From an uncultured cyanobacterium (GTDB lineage: Bacteria > Cyanobacteriota > Cyanobacteriia > PCC-9006 > JAAUQQ01): a stretch of 64,000 nucleotides of DNA. Positions 19,253-30,154 of the stretch are shown here, one piece after another (position 1 is the stretch's first letter; each line of letters opens with the position of its first letter). The notes below the pieces were generated by a model. The model saw nothing but the letters and a program-made list of their open reading frames with translations. It was not told the DNA's origin and searched no databases. The stretch spans positions 1,824,001 through 1,888,000 of the forward strand of contig OY970368.1 of assembly GCA_963718615.1 (NCBI GenBank), read 5' to 3'. Made by a program: the position numbers and the translations under genes.

Positions 19253-22200
19253 CTAAGTTTTGGCTAAACAGTTACCTGTGGGAATAGCAACGGGGCGATC
19301 GGCTGTCAGCATCACAATACCCTGGGCGTTTTTTTGCCAGCGGTTGGCTTCGAGGAGTAGAGAGACGGTGGGACGACTGGACTGTGAGACGGGCTGAGTC
19401 GGCTGTTGCGGGTGAGATAAGGAGGACTGCTCCGTGGGTAAGGGGATCCAGGTGGGTTGAAAGGGTTGAGCCAGAGCAGACCCTTCGCTCGGGCTGGCCG
19501 GGATGCCACTTCGGCCTGTGATAACAAAGCGATTCGTCGCCAGGGCCTCGGCGGAGCAACTGTGATCGAGTTGGTTGCTGGGATCGGTCGGGGTTGCAGG
19601 AAGCTGAACTGTGCCTTGGCTAGGGTCGGTGTTGAGGCCGCTGATGGTGAGGCTGCCGCTGGTACCGAGTTGGGAGCTGGCGCTGATGTCGTTGGTGCGG
19701 TTGGCGCGGAGTTGATTACTGCTTTGGCCGCTGGCGAGCTCGAAGTTAAGGATGGCGTCGGCGCTGATGCTGATGTTGCCGCCGCTGCCGCTAAAGGCGT
19801 TGGCGATGATGTCGCTATTGTTGTCAGGTAAACCGATGAGGATGGGAGTGGTGATGGCAATATTGCCGCCGTTGCCACCTGCCCCTGCCCGTCCCGCCGT
19901 GGTTTCCAGCAAGCTGCCATTGCGCAGCAACACCGTATCGGCCAGATTGAGCGTCAGGTTGCCGCCGTTGCCGCTGTCGCTGGCGGTAAAAATACTGCCT
20001 TGGTCGAGGATGAGGCGATCGCCCACAATCCTGACATCGCTAGCTGGTTGATTCGCTGAGGTTAAACTGGAAGCGCTAATCACGCCCTGATTGGTAATGG
20101 TGGTAGATTTGGCTTGAATTTCGATATCTCCGGCGCGGCCTTGGGCACCGCGCTGGGCGTTGCTGAACAAACCGCTGGGGCGACTTGATGAGCTAATGCC
20201 TTGAATCTCTAGGTTGTTAGTTTGAATTACAATTTTTCCGGCGTTACCTGAGCCTTCTGTAATGGTTACAAACTGCGCACCATATTGGAGAGAGAGGTGA
20301 TTATTAACCTGCACTCGAATATCCCCCGCATCCCCTGAGCTGAAGGTATTTGCAGCCAGTGCAGCATCCTTGGCCAAGGTCATGTTTGGCGTCTTGATTT
20401 CGATGTCACCTGCTCGGCCTGGACCATTGGTTGTTGTTAGGAATCGAGCTTCGGGAGCGAGGGAGATGCGATCGCGTGCCAGAACCCGAATATCCCCGCC
20501 CTTACCTCCGCGAGTGATAGTGCTAAAGAAAATACCCTCACCCACATCTAGCACACCCGTTTCAATCTCAATATCACCAGCTTTATAGTTTTCATCAAAG
20601 CTAAGCATCCCGGTTCCAACAAAAGAATTAGGACCATCAACTCGAATAAAATCCTGTGTTCTGATAACAATCGAACCTGCATCGCCCTGAGCCAAGCTCG
20701 AAGAATTTAAGGCACTATCTAACAGCGTTAGTGATCGAGCCTGAATTACAATATCTCCTGCTTTTCTAATGGCTTCTGAGCCTTTGAAAGAGTCTACAAA
20801 CGTAGCCAAATGGCTAGATTGAAGCTGCACTTCATCTCTGGCTAAAATTTCTATATTGCCTGCATTTCCTTTGCCACTGCTGAAACTAGAAATTTGCGAG
20901 CCATCTAGTAGCATCAGAGATCCTGTATTGATTTGAATATCTCCCCCATTGCCTTCTCCCAAAAAGTCTGACTCACGCGAAGCAAATACATCAGACCTGA
21001 TTGAGCTTCTTTTTTGGAGACGAATTTCTTTGGCATCAATGCGAATATTGCCTGCATCCCCCCGTCCATTTGTGCTGGTGCTAATCGAGGCTTGATCATT
21101 CAACGAAAGCTGAGAAGTACGGATTTCAATCGAGCCACTTCGCCCCTCTCCTCCACCCTGAAAACTAGAATCAATGAAACTGCTAAGGCTATCCAACTGG
21201 ATGAGATCTCGAATCTCAAGCTTGATTTTGCTCGCTTGTCCTATCCCCCCCACGAATGAATCGATCGAGCCACCATCGATAAGTCTTAAGGTATTTGCAG
21301 TAATGGTGATATCACCGATCGTCCTCTGACCCCCTGATAACACCGGACTAAAAATACCAGTATTGGTCGTGCATCTATCCCCACAACTCACGATCCCAGA
21401 GAAGAGAATATCATCTGCCTCAATGGTTAGCGCACCACTGTTACCTTGCCCATACACACCGGTTGAAATTTTTGAACCCGACAAAGCTTGGAACTGACCC
21501 GTTTGAATCTCGATATTGCCGCTATTTCCTGTAGCTTCAGTGTTGACATCGCTGGAAATAGAAGAAAGATCTGAAAGAGTAATCGAGTCTGTTAGTTTGA
21601 GGGTGGTGTTGCCCGAATTGCCCTGGGAAAATGTATCGCTGCGAAGGGTAGCGCCCTGAGTGAGTTGGAGGCGATCGCCCAGCACCACAATATCCCCCCC
21701 ATTCCCCGTCCCATCCAGCGCATTGTTGTAGAGGCTACTGTACTCATTGCCTCCAGCCGAACCACTCAACAAAACATCCTTCGCCCTCACCACAATATCG
21801 CCCGCATTCCCACTCCCCTCCGTCCCCGCATTCAGCCGCCCCCCCTCCGTCGCCCTAAACTGCTCGGCATAGACTGCAATATCCCCACCCCCATTCCCCC
21901 GCACATCCACCCGCGCATTATTCACCAACGACACATCTGCCAAACTGGCTTCTGCTGGGAATTCTGCCACAATCCCATTGCCCACAACCTCAAGTGCAAC
22001 CTCTCCAGCCTCCGCCAAACCACCCAGATCAATCCGTCCACCCGGCGCATTCAATCCACCCGCTAGGATTCGGTTTGGATCAGTATCGTTACCGCCATCG
22101 ATCGTCACATCCCCACCGAGCAAAGATAGCGATCGCCCCTCCGCCACCCGCAACCCAAACAACTCTCCCCGAAACGTATTCGTCCCCGCCGGAGCCACCG

Positions 22201-22726
22201 AGCCACTGACGATGCTTCCCTGTTGTGCAGAAAATCTTAATGCCGAAGGCGACACCGTGAGCAAATTAGCCGCCTCCGGCTGAACCGCGCTGAACTCGCC
22301 CTGATTGCCAAAGGCGATCGCCCCCGCCGTCGTCCCCAAAAACGAACCGCCAATCTCAAGCTGCGCATTCGGTCCAAATAAAATTCCTGCCGGATTGAGC
22401 AAAAACAGATTGGCATCCGACCCCGTCACCGAAATCAGCCCATCAATCTCCGACGCCACTCCTCCCGTAACCCGCGTAAAAATATTGCGAATCTCCGGTG
22501 CAGCCTGAAAATTAGCAGACTCTCCCCATCGCAACCCAAACTGACTAAAACTGTGAAATAAATTTTGCTCCGCCGTTGTCCCCAGCGCCTGAGGAATCTT
22601 ATACACCGGCCCTTGTAGTTCCGTCGCAGGCCCAACCGTGCCATCTAGAACCAGGCTCTGTGCCTGAGCAGAATTCCCTAAGCTGGCGATCGCCAGCATC
22701 AAACCGACCCCAAAAGCGCGATTCAT
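19253..22726 (-). CDS. Filamentous haemagglutinin-like two-partner-secretion (TpsA) exoprotein
   Basis: Signal peptide; NLFHSFSQF and LLNPAGILFGPNA TPS motifs; G.AG.I.I beta-helix repeats. Confidence 0.9.
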   Translation of the reverse strand: MNRAFGVGLMLAIASLGNSAQAQSLVLDGTVGPATELQGPVYKIPQALGTTAEQNLFHSFSQFGLRWGESANFQAAPEIRNIFTRVTGGVASEIDGLISVTGSDANLFLLNPAGILFGPNAQLEIGGSFLGTTAGAIAFGNQGEFSAVQPEAANLLTVSPSALRFSAQQGSIVSGSVAPAGTNTFRGELFGLRVAEGRSLSLLGGDVTIDGGNDTDPNRILAGGLNAPGGRIDLGGLAEAGEVALEVVGNGIVAEFPAEASLADVSLVNNARVDVRGNGGGDIAVYAEQFRATEGGRLNAGTEGSGNAGDIVVRAKDVLLSGSAGGNEYSSLYNNALDGTGNGGDIVVLGDRLQLTQGATLRSDTFSQGNSGNTTLKLTDSITLSDLSSISSDVNTEATGNSGNIEIQTGQFQALSGSKISTGVYGQGNSGALTIEADDILFSGIVSCGDRCTTNTGIFSPVLSGGQRTIGDITITANTLRLIDGGSIDSFVGGIGQASKIKLEIRDLIQLDSLSSFIDSSFQGGGEGRSGSIEIRTSQLSLNDQASISTSTNGRGDAGNIRIDAKEIRLQKRSSIRSDVFASRESDFLGEGNGGDIQINTGSLMLLDGSQISSFSSGKGNAGNIEILARDEVQLQSSHLATFVDSFKGSEAIRKAGDIVIQARSLTLLDSALNSSSLAQGDAGSIVIRTQDFIRVDGPNSFVGTGMLSFDENYKAGDIEIETGVLDVGEGIFFSTITRGGKGGDIRVLARDRISLAPEARFLTTTNGPGRAGDIEIKTPNMTLAKDAALAANTFSSGDAGDIRVQVNNHLSLQYGAQFVTITEGSGNAGKIVIQTNNLEIQGISSSSRPSGLFSNAQRGAQGRAGDIEIQAKSTTITNQGVISASSLTSANQPASDVRIVGDRLILDQGSIFTASDSGNGGNLTLNLADTVLLRNGSLLETTAGRAGAGGNGGNIAITTPILIGLPDNNSDIIANAFSGSGGNISISADAILNFELASGQSSNQLRANRTNDISASSQLGTSGSLTISGLNTDPSQGTVQLPATPTDPSNQLDHSCSAEALATNRFVITGRSGIPASPSEGSALAQPFQPTWIPLPTEQSSLSHPQQPTQPVSQSSRPTVSLLLEANRWQKNAQGIVMLTADRPVAIPTGNCLAKT

Positions 22727-22833
22727 TGAGACAGCCCCCTTACTCCCTTAATGATGTCAGTGCAGGACGATAATTTTATTCATCGAACGTGATTCAACAA
22801 AGGGCGTGGGGGAGTCGAGTCAGGGGGAGAGCG

Positions 22834-23796
22834 TCAAATCCAGCCAAAGCTATTGCCGATAAACCAGGCGTAGAGAATGAAAAAGAGCCACCCCTCCCAC
22901 ATAGTGAGCTTTTTATCCTGCGCGGCAAAAAACATTAAGACGGTCCCCGCAACCATAGTCGGAATGGCAGTGGTTAAAATATTGTCGGGAATTTCCAAGT
23001 TGCCAAACAACCCCGGAATCCCCATCACCATAAAAATATTGAATACATTGGAGCCCAGGACATTGCCCACCGCAATTTCGGCATTGCCCTTGCGCGTCGC
23101 ACTTACAGTCACCGCCATCTCCGGCAGCGAGGTCCCGAGGGCAACCACCGTCACGGCAATCACTTCTTTACCGATGTTGAGCAATTCGGAAATCTTTACG
23201 ACCGACTCGATCGTGTAGCGAGCCCCAATATAGAGAAAGACACAGCTCAGCGTGATGATCACTCCCTGACGAATCAACGCCCGCTTGCTCCGCTCCACCT
23301 GGACTGGGGGTTCCTCTTGGGGATTCACAGGTGCTTCACCACTGCCCTTGACCGTATAGAAGAGGTACATGATGTACCCCGCAATGTGCAGGAGCGCTTC
23401 ACCGAAGGAAAATTTTTGGTCCGCGACTTCTAGGGCCAACAAAAAGGCCGAGCCCACAAACAGCGGCAAATCGACGCTGACGAGATCGTAGGTAATGTAT
23501 AGACATTGGGAGCCGATCACCGAGGCAATCCCAATAATGAGAAAAATATTGGTAATGTTCGAGCCCACGACGTTGCTGACCACAATGCTCGATGAGCCTT
23601 CGGCAACCGCAACGAGGGAAGAGACGAGCTCCGGAATTGAGGTTCCGATCGCCACAATCGTGACGCCAATGATAAAAGAAGGTAAACCGAGTAAAAGCCC
23701 AATCTTTTCTGCTGCATCAGTAAAAAAATCAGAACTTTTGACCAGTACCGCTAAGCTGGCGGCAAAAACGAGAGCGTAAAACAGTAAATCAGGCAT
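22834..23796 (-). CDS. Calcium/sodium antiporter (CaCA, YrbG-like)
   Basis: Two alpha repeats, GTSIPE/GSN and GTSLPE/GSN; start placed at ATG 23796. Confidence 0.92.
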   Translation of the reverse strand: MPDLLFYALVFAASLAVLVKSSDFFTDAAEKIGLLLGLPSFIIGVTIVAIGTSIPELVSSLVAVAEGSSSIVVSNVVGSNITNIFLIIGIASVIGSQCLYITYDLVSVDLPLFVGSAFLLALEVADQKFSFGEALLHIAGYIMYLFYTVKGSGEAPVNPQEEPPVQVERSKRALIRQGVIITLSCVFLYIGARYTIESVVKISELLNIGKEVIAVTVVALGTSLPEMAVTVSATRKGNAEIAVGNVLGSNVFNIFMVMGIPGLFGNLEIPDNILTTAIPTMVAGTVLMFFAAQDKKLTMWEGWLFFILYAWFIGNSFGWI

Positions 23797-23887
23797 CAGC
23801 AGGAAGGGGGTACGGCGGGGGTGGTGCTCCTTTGGAGCTTGGCAAAGCCAATCGCCCTTGGAAGTTGCCCCCAGGGGCAAACCCGGT

Positions 23888-26368
23888 TCAGTCGCCCGTC
23901 ATCAGACAGACGTTCTTTGCATTATCTATTGATTCCGGATCCTTCTGGAGGAGAGAAGGGGTAGAGACCTCGGGGTCAATTTCCGCCTGGAACGGGAGCC
24001 AGACGCTAAACACGGTTTCTCCGGGAACACTGGTCACCGCAATTTGGCCTTGATGTTTCGCAACAATCCGTCGGACAATGTCGAGGCCGAGGCCTGTTCC
24101 TTCCCCTGGGCCTTTGGTGGTGAAAAAAGGTTCAAAAATCTGGTCTTGAATCTCGGGTGGAATACCAGGCCCGGAGTCGATTACCTGGACCAAAATTTGT
24201 TCACCGCTGTCTGAACAGACCTCCCGCACGGAGAGAGTGAGCTTGCCTTTGTTCTCCATGGCCTGGATGCTGTTGTGGATGAGGTTGGTCCAGACTTGGT
24301 TGAGCTCTTCGGGATAGCAGGCGATCGCCCGCACCGGCTCAAACGCTTTAATCACCTCAATGCCCTGTTTGAGCTGATGCTGATAGATGGTCAAAACCAC
24401 GTTGATTTCATCAGTAATTTGGGCCATAACCTTTTCCCCGGTTTGCTCACGGCGGCTGTAGCTCTTGAGGGCAAAGATAATTTTGGCGGCTCGGTCGATG
24501 GCCAACTCAATGTTGTGGGCGTTGGAGGTTTGGGCTGCGAGGGCATTGGCAACCTCCAAAATCTGCCGACTCTGTATCGACCGCAGCAGGGGCAAGAGTG
24601 GCGTAAGGTCCCCTTGAAACCCTAGACGAGCTAACCCTGTGGCTACGGATTCGGCTGGGTCGATGGCTGCGGCTTCGAGCTGTTGGCGGAGCGATCGCTT
24701 GAGCTGGCGTTCTTCTCGGAAGGACAATTCTATGCCCGCTTTGGACTGAGTGGCTAAAAGCTGAAGAAAGGCTTCTTGTTCAGGGGCGGAGAGCGATCGC
24801 ATCAACGCGGGCAGCGCACGGAGCGAGGACTCTAGGGCCAAGCTGATATTGCCGACGGAGGCTTTAATGGCCCCCAGAGGAGTATTAATTTCATGGGCAA
24901 TTCCAGCCACGAGCTGTCCTAAAACAGCCATTTTTTCGCTGCGAATCAGTTCTTCCTGAACGGCCTGCAATTCCGCCAGGGTCTGGGCCAACTCCTGGTT
25001 GCGATCCTGCAATTCGATGGTTCGCGCTTCGACCCGCTGTTCCAATAGGCTAAAGGATTCCTGCAGTTGAGCCGCCATGTGCCGAAAAGACTGGGTTAAG
25101 CCTGCCACTTCGGCGGTGCGCGTTTGGTCCAGGGCAATGGCTGAGCTGAGATCGTTGAGATCTGAGCCGAGCTCGCCTTGGGCTAGGGTTTGGGCGGCGG
25201 CATTGAGTTGTCGGATCGGATGGCTGACCCAACGGGCGGTCGCGAGTCCAGCGGCGATCGCCAATCCCAACGACCCCAAACAAAGCCAAACCGTGATCCG
25301 GGTATTGGCTTGAATTTGACCCATAAAGTCCGACTCAGGCATTGTTACCACAATCAACCAATCAAGACCGAAGGGATCTCGATAAGGCGTCACTTGCAGC
25401 AGCAATCGCTGGCCGTCCCGTTTAAAACTGAGCTGGGTCGGTTGATCGATCGCCCCTAGCCCTTTGAACTTGTAGTCCAAAAAGTCCGCTGTCTCACGGA
25501 TCAGCCCATTGTCGCTCCTGTCAGCCCGCAGGCGGGTTTGCTCACCGTTGGGCGCTGATCGAAAGGGCACTTCAGCGGTGGACGAAGAAATCAGCAGTCC
25601 ATTGCGCTCCATGATGAAGACTTCGCCGGTTTTACCAATTTTGAGCGAATCCAAAAAATCTCGAATCGACACCAGGGCCATATCCACTGCAAACACGGCC
25701 TGTAGCTGATTTTTGGTGTCGTAAATGGGATAGACCGCAGGTAGAGCCACCGTGGCATAGGGTGCAGCCCAGACATAGGGCTCTCCCCAAACGGGCCGAC
25801 CGGCTTTTTGAGCGGCTTGGTACCAAGGACGGGTTGTGAGCTGATAGTTTTCGACGACGGAATGGAGGGTTTCGCGATCGCCCTGAACATTGGTGGTGTA
25901 GGTCTCAAAGGCCCCCCGAGGAGACTGGCTCGACCAATAGGCCACATGGGGAAGGCCATCGGGCACCGGCTCTGCCCCGCTAAACTCTCCGGCTGCGGTT
26001 CCCACATAGATGTAACTGGCCTCGGGGAAAAGCTGCATTTGCTTCCAAAGGTGTTTTTCGAGGCTATCGATATCGCTCAAATCCAGCTCCCCCAGGACCA
26101 CATCGCTGGCATTAATCCGGTTGATCAACTGTGGTTTTTGGAGATATTCATTCAGATGCTGCTCTACCCGTGCCGTGGTTTCGTTCTGAAGTTGCGACAC
26201 CAAGTCTTGAACCGCCCGTTGCCCAGTGCGATAGGATAAATACCCCACTAATCCCACTGCCGCACAGAGTTGCACGACAAAGGGAACAACCAACACCGCT
26301 CGGAGCGAGGGTTTCCGTCTTGATAGTGGAGATTGCAAGAAAATCCCTGACCGTTGTTTCATGAGCAT
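23888..26368 (-). CDS. Sensor histidine kinase (Cache, HAMP, HisKA, HATPase)
   Basis: AHEINTP H-box; [20 protein letters not shown] and GTGLGL; RPWY Cache motif. Confidence 0.92.
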   Translation of the reverse strand: MLMKQRSGIFLQSPLSRRKPSLRAVLVVPFVVQLCAAVGLVGYLSYRTGQRAVQDLVSQLQNETTARVEQHLNEYLQKPQLINRINASDVVLGELDLSDIDSLEKHLWKQMQLFPEASYIYVGTAAGEFSGAEPVPDGLPHVAYWSSQSPRGAFETYTTNVQGDRETLHSVVENYQLTTRPWYQAAQKAGRPVWGEPYVWAAPYATVALPAVYPIYDTKNQLQAVFAVDMALVSIRDFLDSLKIGKTGEVFIMERNGLLISSSTAEVPFRSAPNGEQTRLRADRSDNGLIRETADFLDYKFKGLGAIDQPTQLSFKRDGQRLLLQVTPYRDPFGLDWLIVVTMPESDFMGQIQANTRITVWLCLGSLGLAIAAGLATARWVSHPIRQLNAAAQTLAQGELGSDLNDLSSAIALDQTRTAEVAGLTQSFRHMAAQLQESFSLLEQRVEARTIELQDRNQELAQTLAELQAVQEELIRSEKMAVLGQLVAGIAHEINTPLGAIKASVGNISLALESSLRALPALMRSLSAPEQEAFLQLLATQSKAGIELSFREERQLKRSLRQQLEAAAIDPAESVATGLARLGFQGDLTPLLPLLRSIQSRQILEVANALAAQTSNAHNIELAIDRAAKIIFALKSYSRREQTGEKVMAQITDEINVVLTIYQHQLKQGIEVIKAFEPVRAIACYPEELNQVWTNLIHNSIQAMENKGKLTLSVREVCSDSGEQILVQVIDSGPGIPPEIQDQIFEPFFTTKGPGEGTGLGLDIVRRIVAKHQGQIAVTSVPGETVFSVWLPFQAEIDPEVSTPSLLQKDPESIDNAKNVCLMTGD

Positions 26369-26442
26369 TTTGATAAGGCTTTTACCGCGCTAGCTTGCCC
26401 GTTGCTGCACCCGCTCTAAACGTTTAAAACTGTTCAACCGGA

Positions 26443-26832
26443 CTACCTTAGAACCATTTCTAGGGCTCCCATCAGGGTTTCCTTTTCCCAGGGTTTTGAG
26501 AGGGCACAATAGAGATCGGCTTCGGTTTTAGCGCGATCGATCGCCGCTTCATCGGCCTGTCCCGTGAGCATCACTTTGATCACCTTGGGAAATCGCTGGT
26601 GCAGCTCAATCAAAAACTCATCCCCCCGCACCCCCGGCATCAGCCAATCGGAGACAATCACCAATAATTCGACAGTATCTTCCGCCAGTTCTTCGATGAT
26701 TTCCCAGGCTTCTTCGGGACTTTCGGCAAACTCGTAGCGATAGCGATCGCCAAAATGCTCGCTCAACTGGTCCCGTAAACTAGTGAGAATGATCCGCTCA
26801 TCATCCACGCAGAGAATGGCCTGACTGCTCAT
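26443..26832 (-). CDS. Single-domain response regulator
   Basis: VDDE, SDWLMP, LTG and KPW; start placed at ATG 26832; co-oriented with the kinase. Confidence 0.9.
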   Translation of the reverse strand: MSSQAILCVDDERIILTSLRDQLSEHFGDRYRYEFAESPEEAWEIIEELAEDTVELLVIVSDWLMPGVRGDEFLIELHQRFPKVIKVMLTGQADEAAIDRAKTEADLYCALSKPWEKETLMGALEMVLR

Positions 26833-26948
26833 GGGGTAAACGCGTCTAAGGCGCGACGGATTTTCCGTGACGGAGTTATTGTGCCCACAGATAGATGGGG
26901 GACAGCACAGACCCAATCAGAGACCTCATGACAGACTCAATTGTAGGT

Positions 26949-27932
26949 CTAGCCCCGCTCCTGGGCCGCAGCATACACGGCTTGAACGTTATACCAATTG
27001 AGAAATACACGGGCCACTTCCAGGGCCAACTGAGGTTTACCCTGGTCAATCAACCACTGCAACAGCGGAGCCAGCGTTCGCTCATTCAGCCGCCCTCCCA
27101 CCGACAACAATCCCCACAGCAGCCGATGTAGCCAAGTCATCTGGATCATCATTCTAACTTCCCAGGTGGGGTGTTTTTGATAAAACAAGACCCCCATGCG
27201 TCCCCGCTGAATTTCCTGGTCAATCAGTTTGGGGATTTGGTCGAGGCTAAAGGCCGGGTGCCAGTGGTAGCCCACAGCCTGGGGGCATTTGATTAGCTTC
27301 AGCCCCAGCTTTTTGAGCCGTACGCCGAGTTCGAGGTCCTCCCAGCCGTAGAGCTGGAATCCCGTGTCGAAGAGTCCCGCTTCCAGGAGCCAGTGACGGG
27401 CGATCGCCACATTTCCCGTGGCAAAGAACGCCGCTGAAAAATCGGTAATTTTGTAGGGTTCGGCGGTGGGGTTATCAAAATTGGCGGTGTTGATCACGGC
27501 TCCGTAGGTAAAGAGGCGATCGCTCCCCAGTTCCCCATAGCCCCGCACCAGCGCCTCCGCATGGCGCTGAAGAAAAACCGGCGTCACGACCAAATCGCTA
27601 TCAATAAAAATAATTGTGTCGCCCTTGGCCTCCCGCACGCCCAAATTTCTCGCCGCCGAAGGCCCCTGATGTTCTTGGGCAAACAGCCGCACATGGGGGA
27701 ACTCAGGATTATCCCGTAACCAATCGAGGGTGCCATCGCTGGAGCCATCATCGACGACAACAATTTCATACCCTTCAATTTCAGACTCTCCCACGGTACC
27801 TCCGACCCTGGAGCCTCTGGCAGTTAGGCCCGAGAAGGTTTGCTGCTCCATCGCCCGCAGGCATTTTTCCAGGATAGGTTTGCGATTATAGGTGGGGATA
27901 ACAATAGAAAAGAACACGGGGGAAAAAAACAC
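26949..27932 (-). CDS. Glycosyltransferase family 2
   Basis: IVIPTYNR, VDDGSSD, IDSD and GWEDLELG. Confidence 0.92.
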   Translation of the reverse strand: MFFSPVFFSIVIPTYNRKPILEKCLRAMEQQTFSGLTARGSRVGGTVGESEIEGYEIVVVDDGSSDGTLDWLRDNPEFPHVRLFAQEHQGPSAARNLGVREAKGDTIIFIDSDLVVTPVFLQRHAEALVRGYGELGSDRLFTYGAVINTANFDNPTAEPYKITDFSAAFFATGNVAIARHWLLEAGLFDTGFQLYGWEDLELGVRLKKLGLKLIKCPQAVGYHWHPAFSLDQIPKLIDQEIQRGRMGVLFYQKHPTWEVRMMIQMTWLHRLLWGLLSVGGRLNERTLAPLLQWLIDQGKPQLALEVARVFLNWYNVQAVYAAAQERG

Positions 27933-28014
27933 GAAGGAATAGCGTCAGGCTAAATCGGATCGGAATTGAGATGGTACACTGCTGGCCAATTCGATTGAGT
28001 CCGCCAACCTGAGA

Positions 28015-28200
28015 AAGATCTCTAAGAACAATTGTTGACTACTCTCCCACCTGAAGGAGGGGGATTCTCCGGATCACTCAGGAGACTTTCTGCTTCATCG
28101 CACCTGCCCTCACAGACTTACTCTGTTCGGGTCTTACAGTCGCTCCACAGACTGACACCGCAAGTCCTGCGGCCAATACGTTCACAGCAGCATTGATATC
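28015..28200 (-). ncRNA. Putative TnpB omegaRNA (reRNA) with flank-derived guide
   Basis: By analogy to characterised TnpBs, the scaffold overlaps the tnpB 3' end and right end. Predicted guide CAATTGTTCTTAGAGATCTT; 5' boundary approximate. Confidence 0.55.
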
Positions 28201-29247
28201 CCGGTCGTGATGTTCACCACAGTTCGGACAATCCCAAGCACGAATATTCAACGGCAGTTTTTCGACGACATGCCCACAATGGGAGCATCGTTTAGAACTG
28301 GGGAACCAACGGTCAATCTTGACCAGTTCCCTGCCGTACCATTCGCACTTGTACTCAAGCTGCCTGACCAACTCTCCCCAACTCGCGTCACTAATCGACA
28401 ACGCCAGCTTGGGGTTTTTCACCATGTTCTTCACAGCCAAGTCTTCGATGGCGATCGTTTGGTTCTCGCGCACCAATCGCGTCGTCAGCTTGTGAAGGAA
28501 ATCCTTGCGGGCATTAGCAATCTCTTCATGGATTTGGGCAACTTTCAACCGCGCTTTGTAACGGTTGTTCGAGCCCTTCTCCTTTCGTGCCAACGCTTTC
28601 TGAGCCTTCTTCAGTCGTTTGTGCTTAGCTCTAAACGACTTGGGATTGTTCACCTTTTCACCCGTGCTCAGGGCTATCAGGCTGTTGATGCCCAAATCAA
28701 TCCCCACTTTCAGGAGACTAACCGGCCATGGCTCAATATCCACGTCCACCAACAGACTGACAAACCACTTCCCCGAGGGCGTCAACTTTACCGTGATGCT
28801 AGAGGGTTCAGCACCCTCTGGAAGCTGCCTGCTCCACCGAATCGGCAAGGGTTCAGAACATTTGGCCAGAAACACCTGACCCTCCTTGAACTTAAACGCC
28901 GACTTGGTAAACTCAGCACTGCCACCATTCCGCTTCTTTTTGAACTTTGGGTACTTTGCCCGACCCGCAAAGAAGTTGGTAAACGCTTTCTGGAGATGCC
29001 GCAGCCCTTGTTGCAGGGGCACACAACTGACCTCATTGAGAAAGGAGAGTTCCTCTTCTTTCTTCCACAGGGTCAACATGACAGAGGTTTCCGCATACCC
29101 CACCCGCGCCTGTCGTTCGTACCAAGCTTGAGTTCTTTCAGCCAAGGCGCGATTGTAGACCAGACGAGCGCAACCCATCGTCCGTCTGAGCAAATCTTCC
29201 TGCTCAGCGGTTGGATAAAAGCGGTATCGGAATGCCTTTTGTGTCAT
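28078..29247 (-). CDS. tnpB: RNA-guided endonuclease TnpB
   Basis: HTH start YRFYPT; RuvC I GIDLG, RuvC II IEDL, zinc finger CSHC..CPNC, RuvC III DRDINAA all intact. Confidence 0.95.
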   Translation of the reverse strand: MTQKAFRYRFYPTAEQEDLLRRTMGCARLVYNRALAERTQAWYERQARVGYAETSVMLTLWKKEEELSFLNEVSCVPLQQGLRHLQKAFTNFFAGRAKYPKFKKKRNGGSAEFTKSAFKFKEGQVFLAKCSEPLPIRWSRQLPEGAEPSSITVKLTPSGKWFVSLLVDVDIEPWPVSLLKVGIDLGINSLIALSTGEKVNNPKSFRAKHKRLKKAQKALARKEKGSNNRYKARLKVAQIHEEIANARKDFLHKLTTRLVRENQTIAIEDLAVKNMVKNPKLALSISDASWGELVRQLEYKCEWYGRELVKIDRWFPSSKRCSHCGHVVEKLPLNIRAWDCPNCGEHHDRDINAAVNVLAAGLAVSVCGATVRPEQSKSVRAGAMKQKVS

Positions 29248-29253
29248 TCTCAC

Positions 29254-29259
29254 ATTATA
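29254..29259 (-). promoter_or_regulatory. Perfect -10 box 6 nt before the tnpB ATG (possible leaderless transcript)
   Basis: Minus strand reads TATAAT-GTGAGA-ATG. Confidence 0.45.
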
Positions 29260-29358
29260 GTACATTGACTGTGAGAGCCGCTAAATTATTGCTCCCTCAC
29301 GGTCGCGCTCCTATCCCTCCCCGGCCTGAAGGCGCGGGGTCTCTCGGAGGTTTCGATG

Positions 29359-30120
29359 ATGAGCTTTATCCCAGTCACCGCACTGCTGTTGAGTCCTGCG
29401 ATCGCGCTACCGTTGGCCAGTGGGGTTGTGCCGATTGTGCCGTTGGTTCCCCAGCCAGTTTTGACGGAGACCTCAAAGCGGGGGATTCCTGCGGATGCTC
29501 TTGTCGCGATCGCCATCACCGAGCAAGAACAGCTCCAAAGCGCCCTCTCCTTCGGCGAATGGGAAGAAGCCAATCGATTGACCAGTTCAATTTTACTCAA
29601 ATCCGTCAACCAGTACGGGCGCGGCTACTTAATTGCCAAGGACACGCGCCAAATCCCTTGCAAAACCCTAGAAAGTGTCGACCACCTCTGGACTAGCGCC
29701 AGCAGCGGTCATTTTGGCCTCAGTGTCCAGGCGCAGATCTGGCATGCCCTCAAGGGCAAATCCTTTGAAGACGTGACGAAATTCGAGGATCGGATTGGCT
29801 GGCTAGGACCCGTCGACTTTCTTTCAACGGTGACTGCGCCTAAAGGTCATCTGCCTCTCCGGCCCGTGAAGCCAGCGGGCATGGCCGATGCCTGGGGGGG
29901 CTGGTGGATTCAGGAAATGTCGAAGCGACTGGTGGCCTGCAAGCTCATCGAAGACCCCAATCCCCCTGCGCCCACACCGACGACTCCAGCGGCAAAACCG
30001 GGAACGACACCGGGAACGACGCCCAAACCGAAACCGGCCAGCACACCCGCCAACCCCCAACCCCAGCCGAAGCCTCCAGTCCGGTTGCGCGATATTTTGC
30101 CCCCGGTGGAATCACGTTAG
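29359..30120 (+). CDS. GUN4-like domain protein with signal-like N-terminus and Pro-rich tail
   Basis: WEEANRLT, IPCKTL..VDHLW...S.GHFG.SVQ..IW and PKGHLP. Confidence 0.85.
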   Translation: MSFIPVTALLLSPAIALPLASGVVPIVPLVPQPVLTETSKRGIPADALVAIAITEQEQLQSALSFGEWEEANRLTSSILLKSVNQYGRGYLIAKDTRQIPCKTLESVDHLWTSASSGHFGLSVQAQIWHALKGKSFEDVTKFEDRIGWLGPVDFLSTVTAPKGHLPLRPVKPAGMADAWGGWWIQEMSKRLVACKLIEDPNPPAPTPTTPAAKPGTTPGTTPKPKPASTPANPQPQPKPPVRLRDILPPVESR

Positions 30121-30154
30121 TTTCCATGGAGAGCTTGCAACGCTAGGCCTGAAG

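Larger units (their letters stand above)
28035..29358 (-). mobile_element. IS200/IS605-family element carrying tnpB only (IS1341-like, non-autonomous)
   Basis: Right end GAAT-hairpin..TCAA (28035); left end GAGA-CCCCG..GCCTTCAGGC-CGGGG hairpin; upstream target tetranucleotide TCAT (29359-29362); no tnpA. Confidence 0.85.

Noticed and set aside
28207-29268. 353-aa plus-strand ORF
   Set aside because: Antisense shadow of tnpB with no recognisable motifs.
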